A DNA stretch of 62,271 nucleotides, the filler included. It is 6 parts of 6 records of this genome, joined end to end, with 100 filler letters (N's around TTAATTAATTAA, not from the genome) between each part and the next. Parts side by side here need not be neighbours in the genome. Positions count along the whole stretch, not along the records: positions 46,230 to 48,815 come from SRR33789315_27; positions 48,916 to 52,541 come from SRR33789315_41; positions 52,642 to 58,319 come from SRR33789315_46; 3 more parts are not named here. One strand, written 5' to 3'. The notes under the pieces are model-generated. The model did no database searches. It was not told the origin of the DNA and was given only the letters and a program-made list of their open reading frames with translations. Of the stretch, positions 46,730 through 57,753 are shown one piece after another; positions within the stretch are counted from its first letter, which is position 1; the number at the start of each line of letters is the position of its first letter. The translations under genes were made by a program, and so were the position numbers.

Positions 46730-47428
46730 ATGCTCTGTTACCATCAGAGCATGGCGGCGATTATACAAAGAAGAAGACATCCGATGCAATGCACAATATC
46801 GTTTAACAGCAAGATAGCGCTGTTGCTGTTACATTTAACAATCTCTTTTAACGCGCAAAGTGCAGAATGGATAATAGAAAAATCTAGCGCGCAAGTTGAA
46901 GTAAAGAGCCGTCAAATAGTCAACAATGGCATCACACTAGCTGATAAAGAAATTTCAGCTAAAACGGTAGTTAATACATCTCTGCTATCATTATTGCGCT
47001 TACTTGATGATACGACTCAAGCTTCATCTTGGATTGAAAAATGTATTGAAGTAAAGCTAATTGAAGGTACTGCATCTCATACAAAATTAGTTCAAACTAC
47101 ATTTTCAGCACCTTGGCCCATGCAAAATAGAGATATGGTGACAAAATCTATTACTCACATTGAGGATAATACGATATCAATTGATGTATATGATGCTGGC
47201 CAGCAATTGCCGAAACAAAAAAACACCGTGCGCATGACCAATATTCGAGGAACCTGGACAGCAATAAAATTATCCGATGGTCTAACAGAGATACATTATC
47301 AGGGTAGCGGCAATGCCTCAGGAAATGTACCCATGTGGCTAGCAAACAAAGTTCTTATCGATTCCACTTATGCCACATTTTTACAATTAAGTGAAGTTAT
47401 CACACAAGACAAATATCAAGTCCCTTAA
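46730..47428 (+). CDS. START/SRPBCC lipid-binding domain protein
   Basis: Signal-like segment, APWPMQNRDMVT, VRM..IRGTW, GNVPMWLAN; true start probably near 46784. Confidence 0.8.
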   Translation: MLCYHQSMAAIIQRRRHPMQCTISFNSKIALLLLHLTISFNAQSAEWIIEKSSAQVEVKSRQIVNNGITLADKEISAKTVVNTSLLSLLRLLDDTTQASSWIEKCIEVKLIEGTASHTKLVQTTFSAPWPMQNRDMVTKSITHIEDNTISIDVYDAGQQLPKQKNTVRMTNIRGTWTAIKLSDGLTEIHYQGSGNASGNVPMWLANKVLIDSTYATFLQLSEVITQDKYQVP

Positions 47429-47530
47429 TTACGCCTTAATATAAAAAATCCACTTTAAATAGCATAATCGAACATACAAAAACTCAAGCTCTACCATAAT
47501 TAGGCAAATACGTAATTGGCGGATCAAGGT

Positions 47531-48391
47531 ATGTGGCAATTTATTAGTGAAGAAATATCAAAAAATCTGGACATAGATTTTATATGTGACGACATTAGAC
47601 CAATAAAAACTGAAAGCTCACATCAAACCTTTAGAATAACGGATGGTCGCCAACGTTTTTTTGTTAAAACTAATGAAGCTCACTACTTAACAAATTTCAA
47701 AGCTGAAAGTGATGGCCTTGAACATCTTCAAAAAGCCAAAATATTTAAGGTTCCAACAGTCATTTGTTCAGGTGTTGTTGAGCAAAAAGCATTTTTAGTC
47801 TTAGAGTTTCTTACACTTACTGAAGGTAATGCGGAAAACTGGTACCAATTTGGACATTTATTGGCACAGCAACACAAAAACCAAACTCAAAATATGTATG
47901 GATGGCAGGAAGATAACTTCATTGGTTTGAGCCCTCAACCTAATCAATGGCAAAAAAAATGGTGTCATTTTTTTGCAGAGCAACGAATTGGTTTTATGTT
48001 GCAATTGCTCGCAGAACAAGGCCAACATTTAGCCGATATTGATAAGGTAGTCAACACAGTAAAAAACTTACTTACCGGATATTTACCAACTTCAAGTATG
48101 TTGCACGGCGACTTATGGATCGGAAACTGCGGTTTTCATAAAAACAACCCCGCTATTTATGATCCCGCTTTATATTTTGGTGATCGCGAAACAGATATTG
48201 CTATGTCAGAATTATTTGGCCGGTTACCGGACTCGTTTTACCAAGGCTATCAAGATACCTGGCCGATGGATGTTGGCTACGAATATCGCAAACCCGTGTA
48301 TCAACTTTACCACTTACTTAATCATAGCTTGATGTTTGGAGGACACTACCTTCAATCAGCCTTAGCCACACTAAAAAACATGGAACGCTAA
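47531..48391 (+). CDS. Fructosamine kinase family protein (YniA-like)
   Basis: MWQFI, FFVKTN, YGW.EDNFIG..PQPN, LHGDLWIGN, YDPA.YFGDRETDIAMSELFG. Confidence 0.92.
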   Translation: MWQFISEEISKNLDIDFICDDIRPIKTESSHQTFRITDGRQRFFVKTNEAHYLTNFKAESDGLEHLQKAKIFKVPTVICSGVVEQKAFLVLEFLTLTEGNAENWYQFGHLLAQQHKNQTQNMYGWQEDNFIGLSPQPNQWQKKWCHFFAEQRIGFMLQLLAEQGQHLADIDKVVNTVKNLLTGYLPTSSMLHGDLWIGNCGFHKNNPAIYDPALYFGDRETDIAMSELFGRLPDSFYQGYQDTWPMDVGYEYRKPVYQLYHLLNHSLMFGGHYLQSALATLKNMER

Positions 48392-48458
48392 AATGACTTT
48401 CGCATTTAAAGCCTCTCACGTTATGCTTACTATTAATTAGCCAAAAATAGAAATATTA

Positions 48459-48815
48459 ATGAATCCTAAAGTTATGTTAGTTACCGGTGGAGCCAAACGA
48501 ATTGGTGCAACTACAGTGCAATACTTCCATCAATTGGGCTGGAATATCGTATTGCATTACAATCAATCTGAACAGCAAGCGAAGGACTTAAGTCATGCAT
48601 TAAATGCAGGAAGAGCCAACTCAGTTAAATTAATACAAGGCTCTTTATCCTCGATCAGTGCGACAAAAGAGATCGCCAAACAAGCTATAGGTGCATATGG
48701 AAAATTAGATGCACTTATCAATAATGCATCCGCATTTTACCCAACTCCCATCGGTACAATTACTGAAAATGACTGGATTAATTTAGTAGGTAGCAATATG
48801 CAAGCACCATTATTT
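48459..48815 (+). CDS. Pteridine reductase (FolM/PTR1-like SDR), truncated
   Basis: VTGGAKRIG, LHYNQS, LINNASAFYPT, N..APLF. Confidence 0.85.
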
Positions 48816-48915
48816 NNNNNNNNNNNNNNNNNNNNNNNNNNNNNNNNNNNNNNNNNNNNTTAATTAATTAANNNNNNNNNNNNNNNNNNNNNNNNNNNNN
48901 NNNNNNNNNNNNNNN
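48816..48915. other. Artificial contig linker
   Basis: N44-TTAATTAATTAA-N44. Confidence 0.98.
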
Positions 48916-49023
48916 GATATCAGTCATAAAAAGAGTTAAGCAGATTGGTTTATCTAAGATAGTATATTCTATTTTAGAATTAAAAAATAAGATGGATAAA
49001 CATTCTGAGTAAATAATTTTACA

Positions 49024-49031
49024 TACATTTG
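49024..49031 (+). promoter_or_regulatory. Bacteroidota -7 promoter element upstream of rpmH
   Basis: TACATTTG matches TAnnTTTG. Confidence 0.6.
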
Positions 49032-49075
49032 CCGTCCGAAAAATTTTAGCCAAACATTATTAAAACAATAGAGCT

Positions 49076-49237
49076 ATGTCAAAGAGAACTTTTCAACCAT
49101 CTGTAAGAAGAAGAAAGAATAAGCACGGATTTAGAGAGAGAATGAGTAGCGCAACTGGAAGAAAAGTACTTTCATCTCGTAGAAAGAAAGGTCGTAAAAG
49201 ACTTTCTGTTTCTCATGACGGTAGTCATAAGAGATAA
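49076..49237 (+). CDS. rpmH: 50S ribosomal protein L34 (missed by the ORF track)
   Basis: [53 protein letters not shown], 53 aa. Confidence 0.97.
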   Translation: MSKRTFQPSVRRRKNKHGFRERMSSATGRKVLSSRRKKGRKRLSVSHDGSHKR

Positions 49238-49268
49238 TTGAATTAGATATTCATTGATTTTTTTGATT

Positions 49269-50120
49269 TTACCCGAGGTCCTTTGATCTCGGGTTTTTTT
49301 GTTTGATGATGTCGGAAATTTCTGTAAAAGCATTTTTGCGGTAAATGTTATGTCCGGCTTTTATTTCCAGTATTTCAACCTGGTTCTTGGCTTTTTTTAT
49401 GCCATTTTTTAGCTCTTTAAGTCTTATGATGTTGTCGCGGTGACCTCTAATGATGTAACAATCTATTTTTTGTTGAATGTCGGAGAACTGATGTCTTAGT
49501 TTTCGTCCGCCAACATAGGTTTGGTAAATTATACGGCGTTGTTTTTGGTTGTTTATTTGGTCGAGTACAAATTTTTTAGAATTTTTTCCGAGTACACCAA
49601 AAATCTTTAACAAGCTGACCGTCCAGTTTACATAAAAATGGATGTAGATAAAGCTGTAAAACAAAAGTTGTATTATCCATAAATGGCACAAAATGTTTAC
49701 CAAAGCTCGGTCTTTAAACCCATCTGGCGCTAAAAGAAAAAAATGCTGTGGTAAGATGTTTTTATTTTCAGCTAAAGCGTTGATTAATAGTTTGCTGCCG
49801 TGGCTATAGCTTATGAAATCAAAATCTGTTATTTCTTCCTCTTCAAGTATTTTAATAATTAGTTCGCTCAGTTCATTTGCCGTAAAAGGATGCTTTATTG
49901 GGTAGTCGGAAAAATTTTTGTTGAGGTAGGGTAATTCAATAAATAGTAGGTTATAATTTTGGTTAAGTCCATTTACCGCAGTTGAGTTTAAAAGAAGCTC
50001 GGCACTTAAACCAAAACCATTCATGCCAATTAAAGTGGGTAATTCTTTGTTTTTGAAAGATTTAAGGTAAAGCCAATTGTGCTTATTGAGGGTTAGAATA
50101 TGTGGTTTTAAACTAGTCAA
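49269..50120 (-). CDS. Alpha/beta-fold hydrolase
   Basis: NGFG oxyanion region, ISYSHG nucleophile elbow, LLAPDG, GHRDNII, AGH. Confidence 0.7.
   Translation of the reverse strand: MTSLKPHILTLNKHNWLYLKSFKNKELPTLIGMNGFGLSAELLLNSTAVNGLNQNYNLLFIELPYLNKNFSDYPIKHPFTANELSELIIKILEEEEITDFDFISYSHGSKLLINALAENKNILPQHFFLLAPDGFKDRALVNILCHLWIIQLLFYSFIYIHFYVNWTVSLLKIFGVLGKNSKKFVLDQINNQKQRRIIYQTYVGGRKLRHQFSDIQQKIDCYIIRGHRDNIIRLKELKNGIKKAKNQVEILEIKAGHNIYRKNAFTEISDIIKQKNPRSKDLG
49271..49300 (+). terminator. Terminator after rpmH (overlaps the 3' end of the convergent hydrolase gene)
   Basis: ACCCGAGGTC-CTTT-GATCTCGGGT followed by a T run. Confidence 0.75.
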
Positions 50121-50193
50121 AAATCCAAGTTTTTTGATACAGTTATTCTATGTAAATTCGTCGCCCAATATACAAGCAAAAAATTCTTTTTGA

Positions 50194-52541
50194 ATGCCTA
50201 AAGATCAATCAATCAAATCCATCTTAATTATTGGTTCAGGTCCTATCGTTATCGGTCAGGCCTGCGAGTTCGATTATTCAGGTTCACAAGCGTCGCGTTC
50301 GTTGAGAGAAGAAGGGATAGAGGTAACTCTTATCAATTCTAATCCAGCTACAATTATGACCGACCCTGTGGTAGCCGATAATGTTTATTTAGAACCGCTA
50401 GAGCCAGAGTCGATTCGTAAAATATTGGAAAATCACGACATAGATGCCGTGTTGCCTACCATGGGTGGACAAACAGCACTTAACTTGTGTATTCAATGTG
50501 ATGAGTTAGGTATTTGGGAAGATTTTAACGTTCGTATAATTGGTGTAGATCTAGATGCTATTGAAATTACGGAAAACCGTGAGGCGTTTAGAAACCTAAT
50601 GGAGCAAATTGGGGTTGGTATGGCACCTCAAAAAACGGCTAAGTCTTTCTTAGAAGGAAAAGAAATTGCCCAAGAATTTGGTTTACCAATTTGTATTCGT
50701 CCATCATATACCTTAGGAGGTTCTGGAGCTGGTATTGTTTACGAACAAGAAGAGTTCGATGCCATGTTATCTAGAGGATTAGAGAAATCTCCTATACATG
50801 AGGTAATGTTGGATAAAGCCGTAATGGGATGGAAAGAATACGAGCTTGAATTATTGAGAGATAGCAACGATAACGTTGTAATTATATGTTCTATTGAGAA
50901 CATGGATCCTATGGGTATTCATACCGGAGATTCTATCACTGTAGCACCGGCAATGACTTTATCTGATTCTACTTATCAGAAAATGAGAGATATGGCCATT
51001 AAGATGATGCGCTCTATCGGTAATTTTGCTGGGGGATGTAACGTACAGTTTGCGGTAAGTAATGACGAAAAAGAAGAAATTATTGCCATTGAAATTAACC
51101 CAAGGGTTTCTCGTTCTTCGGCATTAGCTTCTAAAGCAACTGGTTACCCAATTGCTAAAATTGCATCTAAGTTGGCCATAGGTTACAACCTAGATGAATT
51201 ACAAAACCAAATTACCAAAACTACATCGGCGTTTTTTGAACCTACGTTAGACTACGTAATTGTAAAAATACCTCGTTGGAACTTCGATAAATTCCAAGGA
51301 TCTGATAGAAGATTAGGTCTTCAGATGAAATCGGTAGGTGAGGTAATGGGAATTGGTAGAAATTTCCAGGAAGCGCTACAAAAAGCTTGTCAATCTCTAG
51401 AAGTAAGACGAAACGGATTGGGGGCTGACGGAAGAGAATTAACTGATCAAGATAAAATTCTTAACAGTTTAGCAAATCCTAGTGGTAACCGCTTGTTCCA
51501 CTTATACGATGGTCTTAAATTGGGTATTCCAATTAAAACCATATATGAGAAAACCAAGATTGACATGTGGTTCTTGCGCCAGATAGAGGACTTGTTGAAA
51601 TTGGAGAAAAAGATTTCAAAGTTCTCTATTAAAGAGCTACCAAGAGAATTGTTGCTAGAGGCTAAGCAAAAAGGTTATGCCGATAGACAAATTGCTCACG
51701 TAGTAAGATGTTTAGAAAGCGAAGTACACGCTCGCAGACAAGAGCTAGATATTAAGCGTGTTTACAAATTAGTTGATACTTGTGCGGCAGAATTCGAAGC
51801 ACAAACCCCATATTACTACTCTACTTTTGAGTACGAAAACGAAAGCAAACAATCAGACAAGAAGAAAATAATAGTACTTGGATCGGGACCAAACAGAATT
51901 GGTCAGGGTATTGAGTTCGATTATTCTTGTGTACATGGTGTACTAGCTGCCAAAGAATGTGGCTACGAAACCATCATGATAAACTGTAACCCAGAAACGG
52001 TTTCTACCGATTTTGATACGGCCGATAAATTGTATTTCGAGCCAGTATTCTGGGAGCATATTTACGACATCATTCTTCACGAAAAGCCAGAAGGAGTTAT
52101 CGTTCAGTTAGGTGGACAGACTGCTCTTAAGCTAGCCGAGAAGTTAGATAGATATGGTATTAAGGTTATGGGTACCACTTATCAGTCGCTTGATTTAGCG
52201 GAGGATAGAGGTAGTTTCTCAAGCCTATTAAAAGATAATGATATTCCTTATCCAAAATTCGGTTCTGTAGAAACAGCCGAAGAAGCGGTAGAGTTATCAA
52301 AAGAATTAGGTTTCCCATTATTGGTTCGTCCGTCCTATGTATTAGGTGGTCAGAAAATGAAAATTGTTATCAATGAGCAAGAATTAGAGCATCATGTAGT
52401 GGATATTCTAAAAGACATGCCGGATAACAAAATTCTTTTAGATCATTTCTTAGGTGGAGCTATTGAGGCAGAAGCTGATGCAATTTGCGATGGAGAAAAT
52501 GTTTACATTATAGGTATTATGGAGCATGTAGAGCCTGCAGG
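50194..52541 (+). CDS. carB: Carbamoyl-phosphate synthase large subunit (3' truncated)
   Basis: IIGSGPIVIGQACEFDYSG, GIHTGDS, IEINPRVSRSSALASKATGYPIAK, GSGPNRIGQGIEFDY. Confidence 0.98.
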
Positions 52542-52641
52542 NNNNNNNNNNNNNNNNNNNNNNNNNNNNNNNNNNNNNNNNNNNNTTAATTAATTAANNN
52601 NNNNNNNNNNNNNNNNNNNNNNNNNNNNNNNNNNNNNNNNN
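52542..52641. other. Artificial contig linker
   Basis: N44-TTAATTAATTAA-N44. Confidence 0.98.
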
Positions 52642-53232
52642 GTACCACCAAGTTTGTTTCATACCAAAACGTTTGCCCGTAGACGGAATAAATTGCCACA
52701 TGCCAGCCGCGCGTCCATGAGAATACGCGAAGGGATCAAAGGCACTTTCTACAATGGGTAATAGAACAAGCTCAAGGGGCATGTTTTGTTGTTCTATTTC
52801 TTCAATAATAAGGTGTAAAAACGGTTTGGCACGTTTGGCAACTCGTTCCATATATGCGGGATGGCGTAAATACCAATCACGCTGCTCATCAACTCGCTGA
52901 TCATCAATAATTTCAAAGGTTAATTGGCTACGAACGCGTTGCCACAGATCTACAATTTCTTCGTCAGTGGTTTCAATTTCTTCTGTTGTTATCAACTCAT
53001 CAAGAATAACTTCTTCGTCAGGATGAGTAACAGGTATGGTGCCCGCTTCGGCTGAGTCACAATCAAATACTTCGGCTGCTTCTTCACCAGTATGCTGACA
53101 AGTGTGTCTAATTTGCTCCGCAATTTGATGTTCTTGGTCCAATTGGTGATCATCTGTTATGACGTTTGATGTCATTTGACATGCCGACAACAGCGTAGTT
53201 AAAAAAACGATAGTTAATACATTTACTCGCAC
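52642..53232 (-). CDS. mltD: Membrane-bound lytic murein transglycosylase D (3' truncated)
   Basis: Lipobox LSAC; LPIVESAFDPFAYSHGRAAGMWQF; directly downstream of gloB. Confidence 0.92.
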
Positions 53233-53313
53233 AGACAGTTTCCTCGTGAGGCTAAGTGCTACTGGTTACACAAAGAGTGGTAAACCCAGTCAGTTATTTG
53301 TTCATTCTACTGA

Positions 53314-54084
53314 TTAAAACTGATCTTTCCAACGTCTTAACGCTGCAAAAGCATCTTCATTTTTATCAAACGTGATTTGCCAGTGCTGAGAAAGTGCTTG
53401 GCGCACACTGTCTATTTCACAGCGCAAAAATGGATTGATGTTACGTTCGTTTTTTATTGAACTTGGCAACGTCGCTAGGTTAGCTGCTCGTTGCTGGTTT
53501 GCCCATTGGTGGTATTCGATTAGCGCTTTATTCATTGGTTCAACTGCTAATGCAAAATTTATATTAGCCAAGGTATATTCGTGGGTGCAATATACTAAAG
53601 TGTCTGTTGGTAAGGCGGCTAATTGATTGAGCGACTGATACATTTGGGCTGGGCTGCCTTCAAATAAACGCCCGCAACCTGCCGAAAATAAAGTATCGCC
53701 GCAAAACAAGCAACCTAAACCGTAATACGCTATATGGTCAAGGGTATGGCCGGGCACTTCAAATACCTTAAAGGTGAGAGCTAATTCGGGCAAAGTTACA
53801 CCATCACCTTGGCTTACACGTTTGTTGACTAGGGTGATACTGGGGTTGTGTGGACCATAAATAGGTATATCACCAAAAGTACTCACTAACTCTGCTAATC
53901 CATTAGTATGATCCCAATGATGGTGCGTAACTAAAATGCCACATAATTTAAGATTATTTATTTGGCAAAAAGTAATAACGGGCTCTGCGTCACCAGGGTC
54001 GACCACATAGCAGTGCGTGGTATTGTGCAAACACCAGATGTAGTTGTCTTGAAAAGCTTTAATTGGCGAAATCTGTACTGACAC
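53314..54084 (-). CDS. gloB: Hydroxyacylglutathione hydrolase (glyoxalase II)
   Basis: DNYIW, VDPGD, THHHWDHT, PGHTLDH, GDTLFSAGCGR, HEYT, NPFLR. Confidence 0.96.
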   Translation of the reverse strand: MSVQISPIKAFQDNYIWCLHNTTHCYVVDPGDAEPVITFCQINNLKLCGILVTHHHWDHTNGLAELVSTFGDIPIYGPHNPSITLVNKRVSQGDGVTLPELALTFKVFEVPGHTLDHIAYYGLGCLFCGDTLFSAGCGRLFEGSPAQMYQSLNQLAALPTDTLVYCTHEYTLANINFALAVEPMNKALIEYHQWANQQRAANLATLPSSIKNERNINPFLRCEIDSVRQALSQHWQITFDKNEDAFAALRRWKDQF

Positions 54085-54209
54085 CTTTATTCCTTTTTAT
54101 TCAACAGTATTTGTGCAAGAGGCAATATAAGCAACGATTAGCTGTGATTACGCTAAATGACAAAAAATTGCATAAAGATCTTATTACAAATCTAGGTTAC
54201 CATAAATTA

Positions 54210-54962
54210 ATGAAACCAGCGCTAACTCACTCAGCACCTCAATATCCCAAAACATGGCAAGATTTGCCCATGGGCGAGGCCTTGCGTGAAATAATTGAAA
54301 CGACTTTGGAAGACTCAAGTCGGCAGTTTTTTGGTTATCATTTATTACGTTTAGGTAATCTGAGTAGTGAAATCACCCTCGCGCAATGCCCAATTAAACA
54401 CAAGTTTAATTTAACGCGCCAAACGCATTCTTATAGCCATGTACTGGGAAAACCAGACGCCTTACCCTTTGCTGAAAATAGTCTTGATGCAGTTTTATTA
54501 GTGCATGAATTGGATTTTGCAAAAGATCCCCATCAAATTCTACGTGAAGTTGTCAGAACGATTATTCCAAATGGTCGTTTAGTGTTAGTGGGTTTTAATC
54601 CGTGGAGTCTGTGTGGTTTATTTCGATATTTGCCTTTTAAACGGCGTAATCTTCTGCATCAAGGGCGATTTTTCAGTATTATGCGGACTAAAGATTGGCT
54701 ACATTTATTAGGTTTTGAAGTGACCGCTGTGCGTCGAGCAGTGTTTTCTGAGTTATTTTTTGGTCGCCGCCTAGTGCCTGAATCTAGTTGGGTTAAGTGG
54801 TGTGAAAAATACTTAGGTTGGTTAAGTGCTATTTATATTATTGAAGCGCGTAAACGTGAAATTCCATTGAGTTTAATTAAACCGAAATGGAATACAAAGA
54901 CTCAATTTTCCCCGGTCGGCGCTACCACGTGGCGCACGGGCTCGATGAAAGTCGATAATTAG
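54210..54962 (+). CDS. yafS: Class I SAM-dependent methyltransferase (YafS-like)
   Basis: Start probably ATG 54210 (MKPAL); FFGYHLL, LPFAENSLD, DPHQILREV, GFNPWSL; divergent from gloB. Confidence 0.85.
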   Translation: MKPALTHSAPQYPKTWQDLPMGEALREIIETTLEDSSRQFFGYHLLRLGNLSSEITLAQCPIKHKFNLTRQTHSYSHVLGKPDALPFAENSLDAVLLVHELDFAKDPHQILREVVRTIIPNGRLVLVGFNPWSLCGLFRYLPFKRRNLLHQGRFFSIMRTKDWLHLLGFEVTAVRRAVFSELFFGRRLVPESSWVKWCEKYLGWLSAIYIIEARKREIPLSLIKPKWNTKTQFSPVGATTWRTGSMKVDN

Positions 54963-54979
54963 GGCGTTCACTTGTCGCC

Positions 54980-55657
54980 TTGATTTATCTTTATATGAAA
55001 CAAACTCATCTCGATAACCTCTACCCCCTATTACAGAGTGTGTGGGACTATCACCAACTTAAACATAATATTCAGCCCGCGGATTGCATGATCATTATGG
55101 GCAGTCATGATGTGTCTGCGGGGTGGCGAGCCATTGATTTGTATCATCAGGGCATAGCTGATTTACTTATTTTTACTGGCGGTTTCGGTAAAATAACGCA
55201 AGCACTATGGCAACAAAGTGAAGCTCAGGTATTTGCAGATCTAGCAGTACAAGCGGGTGTGCCACTGAAGAAAATGTTACTTGAAAATCACGCAACAAAT
55301 TGTGGTGACAATATCCGCTTGTCCATGGATTTGTTGCAATTAAATAAGCGTAGTCCCCAGAGTGTGATATTGGTGTGTAAACCCTATTTGGAACGCAGAG
55401 CTTATGCCACCTTTAAGCGCCAATATCCGCATATTGCGCTTAGTGTAACATCACACAAGGTAACATTAGCAGAATACCTAAGCTTAGTGCCCAATGTGGA
55501 ACAGTTTATCCATCTTATGGTGGGTGATGTGCAGCGAATATTACTTTACCCAGCTCAGGGATTTCAAATAGCGCAAGCCGTGCCTAAGTCAGTTCATGTT
55601 GCTTATGAAAAACTGGTATCCCTAGGCTTTAATCAGCAATTAATTATTCAATCTTGA
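54980..55657 (+). CDS. YdcF/DUF218 family protein
   Basis: VWDYH, MGSHD, FTGG.G, SEA, ENHATNCGDN, KPYLERRAYAT. Confidence 0.85.
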   Translation: MIYLYMKQTHLDNLYPLLQSVWDYHQLKHNIQPADCMIIMGSHDVSAGWRAIDLYHQGIADLLIFTGGFGKITQALWQQSEAQVFADLAVQAGVPLKKMLLENHATNCGDNIRLSMDLLQLNKRSPQSVILVCKPYLERRAYATFKRQYPHIALSVTSHKVTLAEYLSLVPNVEQFIHLMVGDVQRILLYPAQGFQIAQAVPKSVHVAYEKLVSLGFNQQLIIQS

Positions 55658-55658
55658 G

Positions 55659-56834
55659 TCACTGTGATTTTTTACTTTTTGAGTAGGCCAAAATAAGACA
55701 CAGAAATGAACATAATGCCTGTGCTAAAACGATAGATAGAACGCCCTCGGGCAGTAAGGTTGACGACGCGGAGATTAAACCGGCTACCGAAAATTGAGTT
55801 GCTCCCATTAACGCCGCTGCGGTGCCTCCATGTTTTTCAAAGAATTCCATATAACAGGCTTGGATGTTGGGTAATGTCGCGCCCATTATACCTATAGTCA
55901 TTACCATCGCCGCCACAAATAACCACAACTCTGGTTTCAATAGCGTGACACCTATTAAGGCAACAATACCAAGCCCTTGCAAAAGCAAACTCCACCTCAA
56001 AATTTGTGATGCTAGGTAGTGATTCAATAGGTAACGATTTGCCATGTTTGCAATTAACATCAGTACGACATTAGCAGAAAATAGCAGCGAAAAAGTACTT
56101 GGACTAACCTTGAAATGTGTTTGATAAATATAGGAAGAGTGAGCGATAAAAAGCATTAAGACAGAATATGAAAAAGCACCGATTAACACAAAACGCATGG
56201 CCGCACGGTTGACTATAACTTGCTGATAACGTCGAATTGCACTCACTTTTTCAGTCTTTACTTCAGCCACTTGATGTTTAAAAACGGTACGTAAAAGTAA
56301 TAACATGGCTATTAATGCATAGAGTGCTAGAAATACAAATATGTAATGCCATTCGGTCAATGTCAGAATTACACTGCCAATATTAGGGGCAAGAGCAGGG
56401 GCAAGTGCCATAAATAACCCAATCAAACCAAAAAATTTAGCTGCCTCTTTACCGGATAGCCTGTCCCGTATTAATGCGGGTATGGTAACGGTTGCTAAAC
56501 CCCCGCCAAATGCTTGAATGATCCGGAACGATAAAAAGGTACCTAAACTTGAAGAATAAGCTAATAAAGCACTGGCAATGGCGAAAATGCCCATGCCAAG
56601 TAACATGATTTTACTGCGACCATAACGATCAGAGAGCGGTCCACCAAAAAGTTGCCCTACGGCTAATACAAAAATATAAATTGAAATAGACAGGGATACT
56701 TGATGTACCGAAATATTGAGGCTTTGTGCAATGGCAGGAAAAGCAGGTAGGTAAGTGTCTAAGGCTAGAGGCCCTAAGGCCATTGTCATCGCCAGGATGG
56801 TTGCCGTTTTTAACGATAATGTATTTGATTGCAC
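55659..56834 (-). CDS. Bcr/CflA-family MFS efflux transporter
   Basis: PLALDTYLPAFP, GPLSDRYGR, APALAP, GTAAAL.G; 12-TM pattern. Confidence 0.92.
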   Translation of the reverse strand: MQSNTLSLKTATILAMTMALGPLALDTYLPAFPAIAQSLNISVHQVSLSISIYIFVLAVGQLFGGPLSDRYGRSKIMLLGMGIFAIASALLAYSSSLGTFLSFRIIQAFGGGLATVTIPALIRDRLSGKEAAKFFGLIGLFMALAPALAPNIGSVILTLTEWHYIFVFLALYALIAMLLLLRTVFKHQVAEVKTEKVSAIRRYQQVIVNRAAMRFVLIGAFSYSVLMLFIAHSSYIYQTHFKVSPSTFSLLFSANVVLMLIANMANRYLLNHYLASQILRWSLLLQGLGIVALIGVTLLKPELWLFVAAMVMTIGIMGATLPNIQACYMEFFEKHGGTAAALMGATQFSVAGLISASSTLLPEGVLSIVLAQALCSFLCLILAYSKSKKSQ

Positions 56835-56855
56835 GATAAATAGTCTCGATTAAAT

Positions 56856-57653
56856 TTAGAGTGGATTACGTTTTTTGTCTGCGCCAAAACGATCGGCATT
56901 CATGCCTTTTTTCCAATAGCCGGTTGCATGAATATTCATTCGCTCAAAACGTAATTCATCTAATAACAGATTTTTTATAGCACGTATTTCGCTGGCTTCA
57001 AGACCTAAAAACACTTCACTGTCTTTCGCTACGTCGGTTATTACACCTTGTACAAACTCAGTTAATGTTGCAGAGGTTTCATCTTCTATATGCCAATTAA
57101 CATTGAGGTGCATACCGGCATCCATAGCAATAATGTCGGCTCGGGTTGGCACCGTTACAATAGCCGTCAAATGGGCAGTGGGGGAGATAAACTTGGCATA
57201 ACCAAAGACCGCGTTAACCGAGGTAATATCCCCAATTAACAAATAACTAGATGCATCAAAGTGAGTTAACTTTGCTTCGCCAGGGCCTGCAATACCCAAA
57301 TAGTCACCCACTTTTGCATTTTTTGCCCAATCTGTTGCTGGGCCCTGATGGCGATTGACCACAAAGTCGAGTACTAAGTGTTTATTAACTGAATCAAATT
57401 CTTTGATGGTATAAGAGCGTTTAATTGCACTGTGTTTGTTGCCTTCATGCAAGGGTTTACCATCCGGCGAAAAGGCGGCTTTAATATGTAGGCCTTCTTT
57501 ATCTTGTGGAAAATCTTGTAGATCATCGCCTGTTAATACGATGCGTTTTAAGTGGGGACTCAACGTTATGACATCTGCTACGTAGCTAGCGCGAAATTTT
57601 CTGGTGGGACGTTGTTGCATATGTTTTACCTTTTTATTGTTACTGTCATTCAA
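56856..57653 (-). CDS. Siderophore-interacting protein (ViuB/YqjH-like ferric reductase)
   Basis: SPHLKRIVLTG, RSYTI, DFV..HQGPATDWA, IAGPG, TGYWKKG. Confidence 0.88.
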   Translation of the reverse strand: MNDSNNKKVKHMQQRPTRKFRASYVADVITLSPHLKRIVLTGDDLQDFPQDKEGLHIKAAFSPDGKPLHEGNKHSAIKRSYTIKEFDSVNKHLVLDFVVNRHQGPATDWAKNAKVGDYLGIAGPGEAKLTHFDASSYLLIGDITSVNAVFGYAKFISPTAHLTAIVTVPTRADIIAMDAGMHLNVNWHIEDETSATLTEFVQGVITDVAKDSEVFLGLEASEIRAIKNLLLDELRFERMNIHATGYWKKGMNADRFGADKKRNPL

Positions 57654-57689
57654 TTACAAATTAACAGACACTTGCAGGACAAGATATTA

Positions 57690-57731
57690 GTTGATAAAGT
57701 CAATTATATTTATAAGGTTGATAAAGTCAAC
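57690..57731. promoter_or_regulatory. Tandem MarR operator sites
   Basis: GTTGATAAAGTCAAT 57690-57704 and GTTGATAAAGTCAAC 57717-57731 (GTTGA-N5-TCAAC, MexR-type) between the divergent SIP and marR genes. Confidence 0.8.
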
Positions 57732-57753
57732 TAAATTGTTTGGGAAATAATCA

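Noticed and set aside
48868-49053. 61-aa ORF spanning the linker
   Set aside because: Runs into the N run and overlaps the rpmH promoter; artefact.
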